From Squalus acanthias (lineage: Eukaryota), in the NCBI GenBank assembly GCA_030390025.1, contig CM059432.1:36458001-36522000 (forward strand): a stretch of 64,000 nt of DNA, in the 5' to 3' direction. Both the position numbers and the translations under genes were made by a program. The notes under the pieces were generated by a model that ran no database searches, was not told the origin of the DNA, and saw only the letters and a program-made list of their open reading frames with translations. This document shows positions 62,375 through 64,000 of this stretch, one piece after another (the first letter of the stretch is position 1; every line of letters begins with the position of its first letter).

Positions 62375-64000
62375 GGAACATATGAGCAGGCATAGGCCAT
62401 TCAACCCCTCGAGCTGTTCAATTATATCATGGCTGATCTGTATCCTAACTCCATTTAGCTGCCTTGGCGCCATATCCCTTAATACCCTTGGCTAGCAAAA
62501 ATCTATTGATCACAGATTTAAAATTATTAATTGAGCTAGTATCTACTGCTTTTTGTGGGAGAGAGCTTCATACTTCAACCACCCTTTGTGTGAAGAAGTG
62601 TTTCCGAACTTCTCTCCAGATTATGTCCCCTTGTCCTAGACTCCTCCACCAGCAGAAAAAGCTTCTCTCTCTATATACCTGATTCATTCCTTTCAAAATC
62701 CTAAAAACCTCAACCAAATTACCCCATTAACCTTCTATATTCCAGGAAATTCAAGCTAAATTTGTGCAACTTGTCCTCATAATTTAACCCTCTAAGCCCC
62801 AGTATCATTCTGGTGAATCTGCGCTACACCCCCTCCAAAGCTATTACAGGTATATCCAACCTGAGGCGTGGTGCCCAAAACTGAACGCAGCATTCCAGAT
62901 GGGGTCTGACTAAGGCTGTATACAACTGAGGCATAACTTCCTCCCCTTTGTATTCCAGCCACCTTGAGATAAAGGCCAATACTCCATTAGCCTTTTAAAT
63001 TGCTTTTGTACCTGTCTACTAGCTTTAAATGATTTGTATACTTGGACTCCCAAATCACTTTGCTCTCTACAGTTCCCAGTTTCTCTCAATTTAGAAAATA
63101 CTCCGATTTATCTTTCTTGGGTCCAAAGTGAATGACCTCACACTTCCCCACATTGATCCCATTTTGCCATAGTTTTGTCCACTCACTTAATCTGTCTGTC
63201 CCTTTGCACCTTCCTGCTCCCTTCTGCACTACTTACTGTCCCTCCTAATTAAGTGCCATCTGCAAATTTGGATATACAACACTCTATTACTTTATTCAAG
63301 TCACTAATAAATATTGTGAAAAGTTGAAACTCCAGAACAGATCCCTCGGAAGCACCACTTGTCACATTCTGCCAATCTGAGTACATGCCCTTTATCTCGA
63401 CTCTGTCTCCTACCTCCCAACCAATCTCCAACCTAAGTTAAAAGGCTACCTCCAATTCCGTGCGCTTTCATTTTTGCCAATAATATTTGGTGTGGAACCT
63501 TATCGAATGACTTCTGGAAGTCCATCTGGATAACATCCAGAGACACTCCTTTGCGTACCTTATTAGTGACCACCTCAAAAAATTCAACTAGGTTAGTCAG
63601 ACATGAATACCTTTAACAAAGCCATGCTGGCTCTCTCTGATCAGATTATATTTGCTCAAGTGCTCAGTCACTCTATCCTTAATGACAGATTCATTCCCCT
63701 AGTGTCCACCCAACATTTATCCCTCAACACTTAAAACAGATGATCTAGTCATTTATTTCATTGCTGTTTGTGGGACCTTGCTGTGTCCAAATTGGCTGCC
63801 ACATTTCCCTACTTTACAACAGTGACAGCACTTCAATAGTACTTAATTGGCTGTAAAGTGTCTTGGGGTCATGAAAGGCACTAATAAATGCCAGTTCCTT
63901 CTGAAATGTGTGCTGGCTACTTCTATTTTCTCTGATTCCATCCTTAATTAGAGACTCTTAAATTTTCTCTACCACAGATGTTAAAACTAACCGGCCTGTA
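62375..64000 (-). mobile_element. Decayed CR1 RT and 3' part, with a Deu-SINE fragment at ~63700-63900; runs off the window
   Basis: 63249-63431 GSVL..QLFTIFI.DL...SKFAD; CR1 tail at ~62375-62480. Confidence 0.8.

Overview
Vertebrate genomic DNA, very probably from a cartilaginous fish (shark), judged from the repeat repertoire I recognise: HER1/CR1 LINEs, an HE1/V-SINE, Deu-domain SINEs, L2, Penelope/Neptune elements and a 66-bp satellite. The window is mostly intronic and densely packed with nested, decayed retroelements, so nearly all listed ORFs are LINE fragments or antisense noise. Hidden among them is a + strand host gene, seen as 6-7 small symmetric phase-1 exons (81-132 nt). These splice into one stop-free, acidic, Pro/Ser/Glu-rich reading frame that I cannot assign to a named gene. 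Three things stand out. (i) An ~820-bp near-perfect palindromic Penelope-type insertion (49529-50383) has a 12-bp TSD and an intact minimal hammerhead ribozyme on each strand. (ii) Three further Penelope insertions all have an inverted, tails-out structure, two with decayed hammerheads and one with a truncated one. (iii) An ORF1-less APE-RT LINE begins with a tRNA-like Pol III head, and short SINE-like internal-deletion derivatives of it lie in the same window. Repeat boundaries are approximate unless a TSD or TIR is quoted. All family names come from motif recognition, not database searches.
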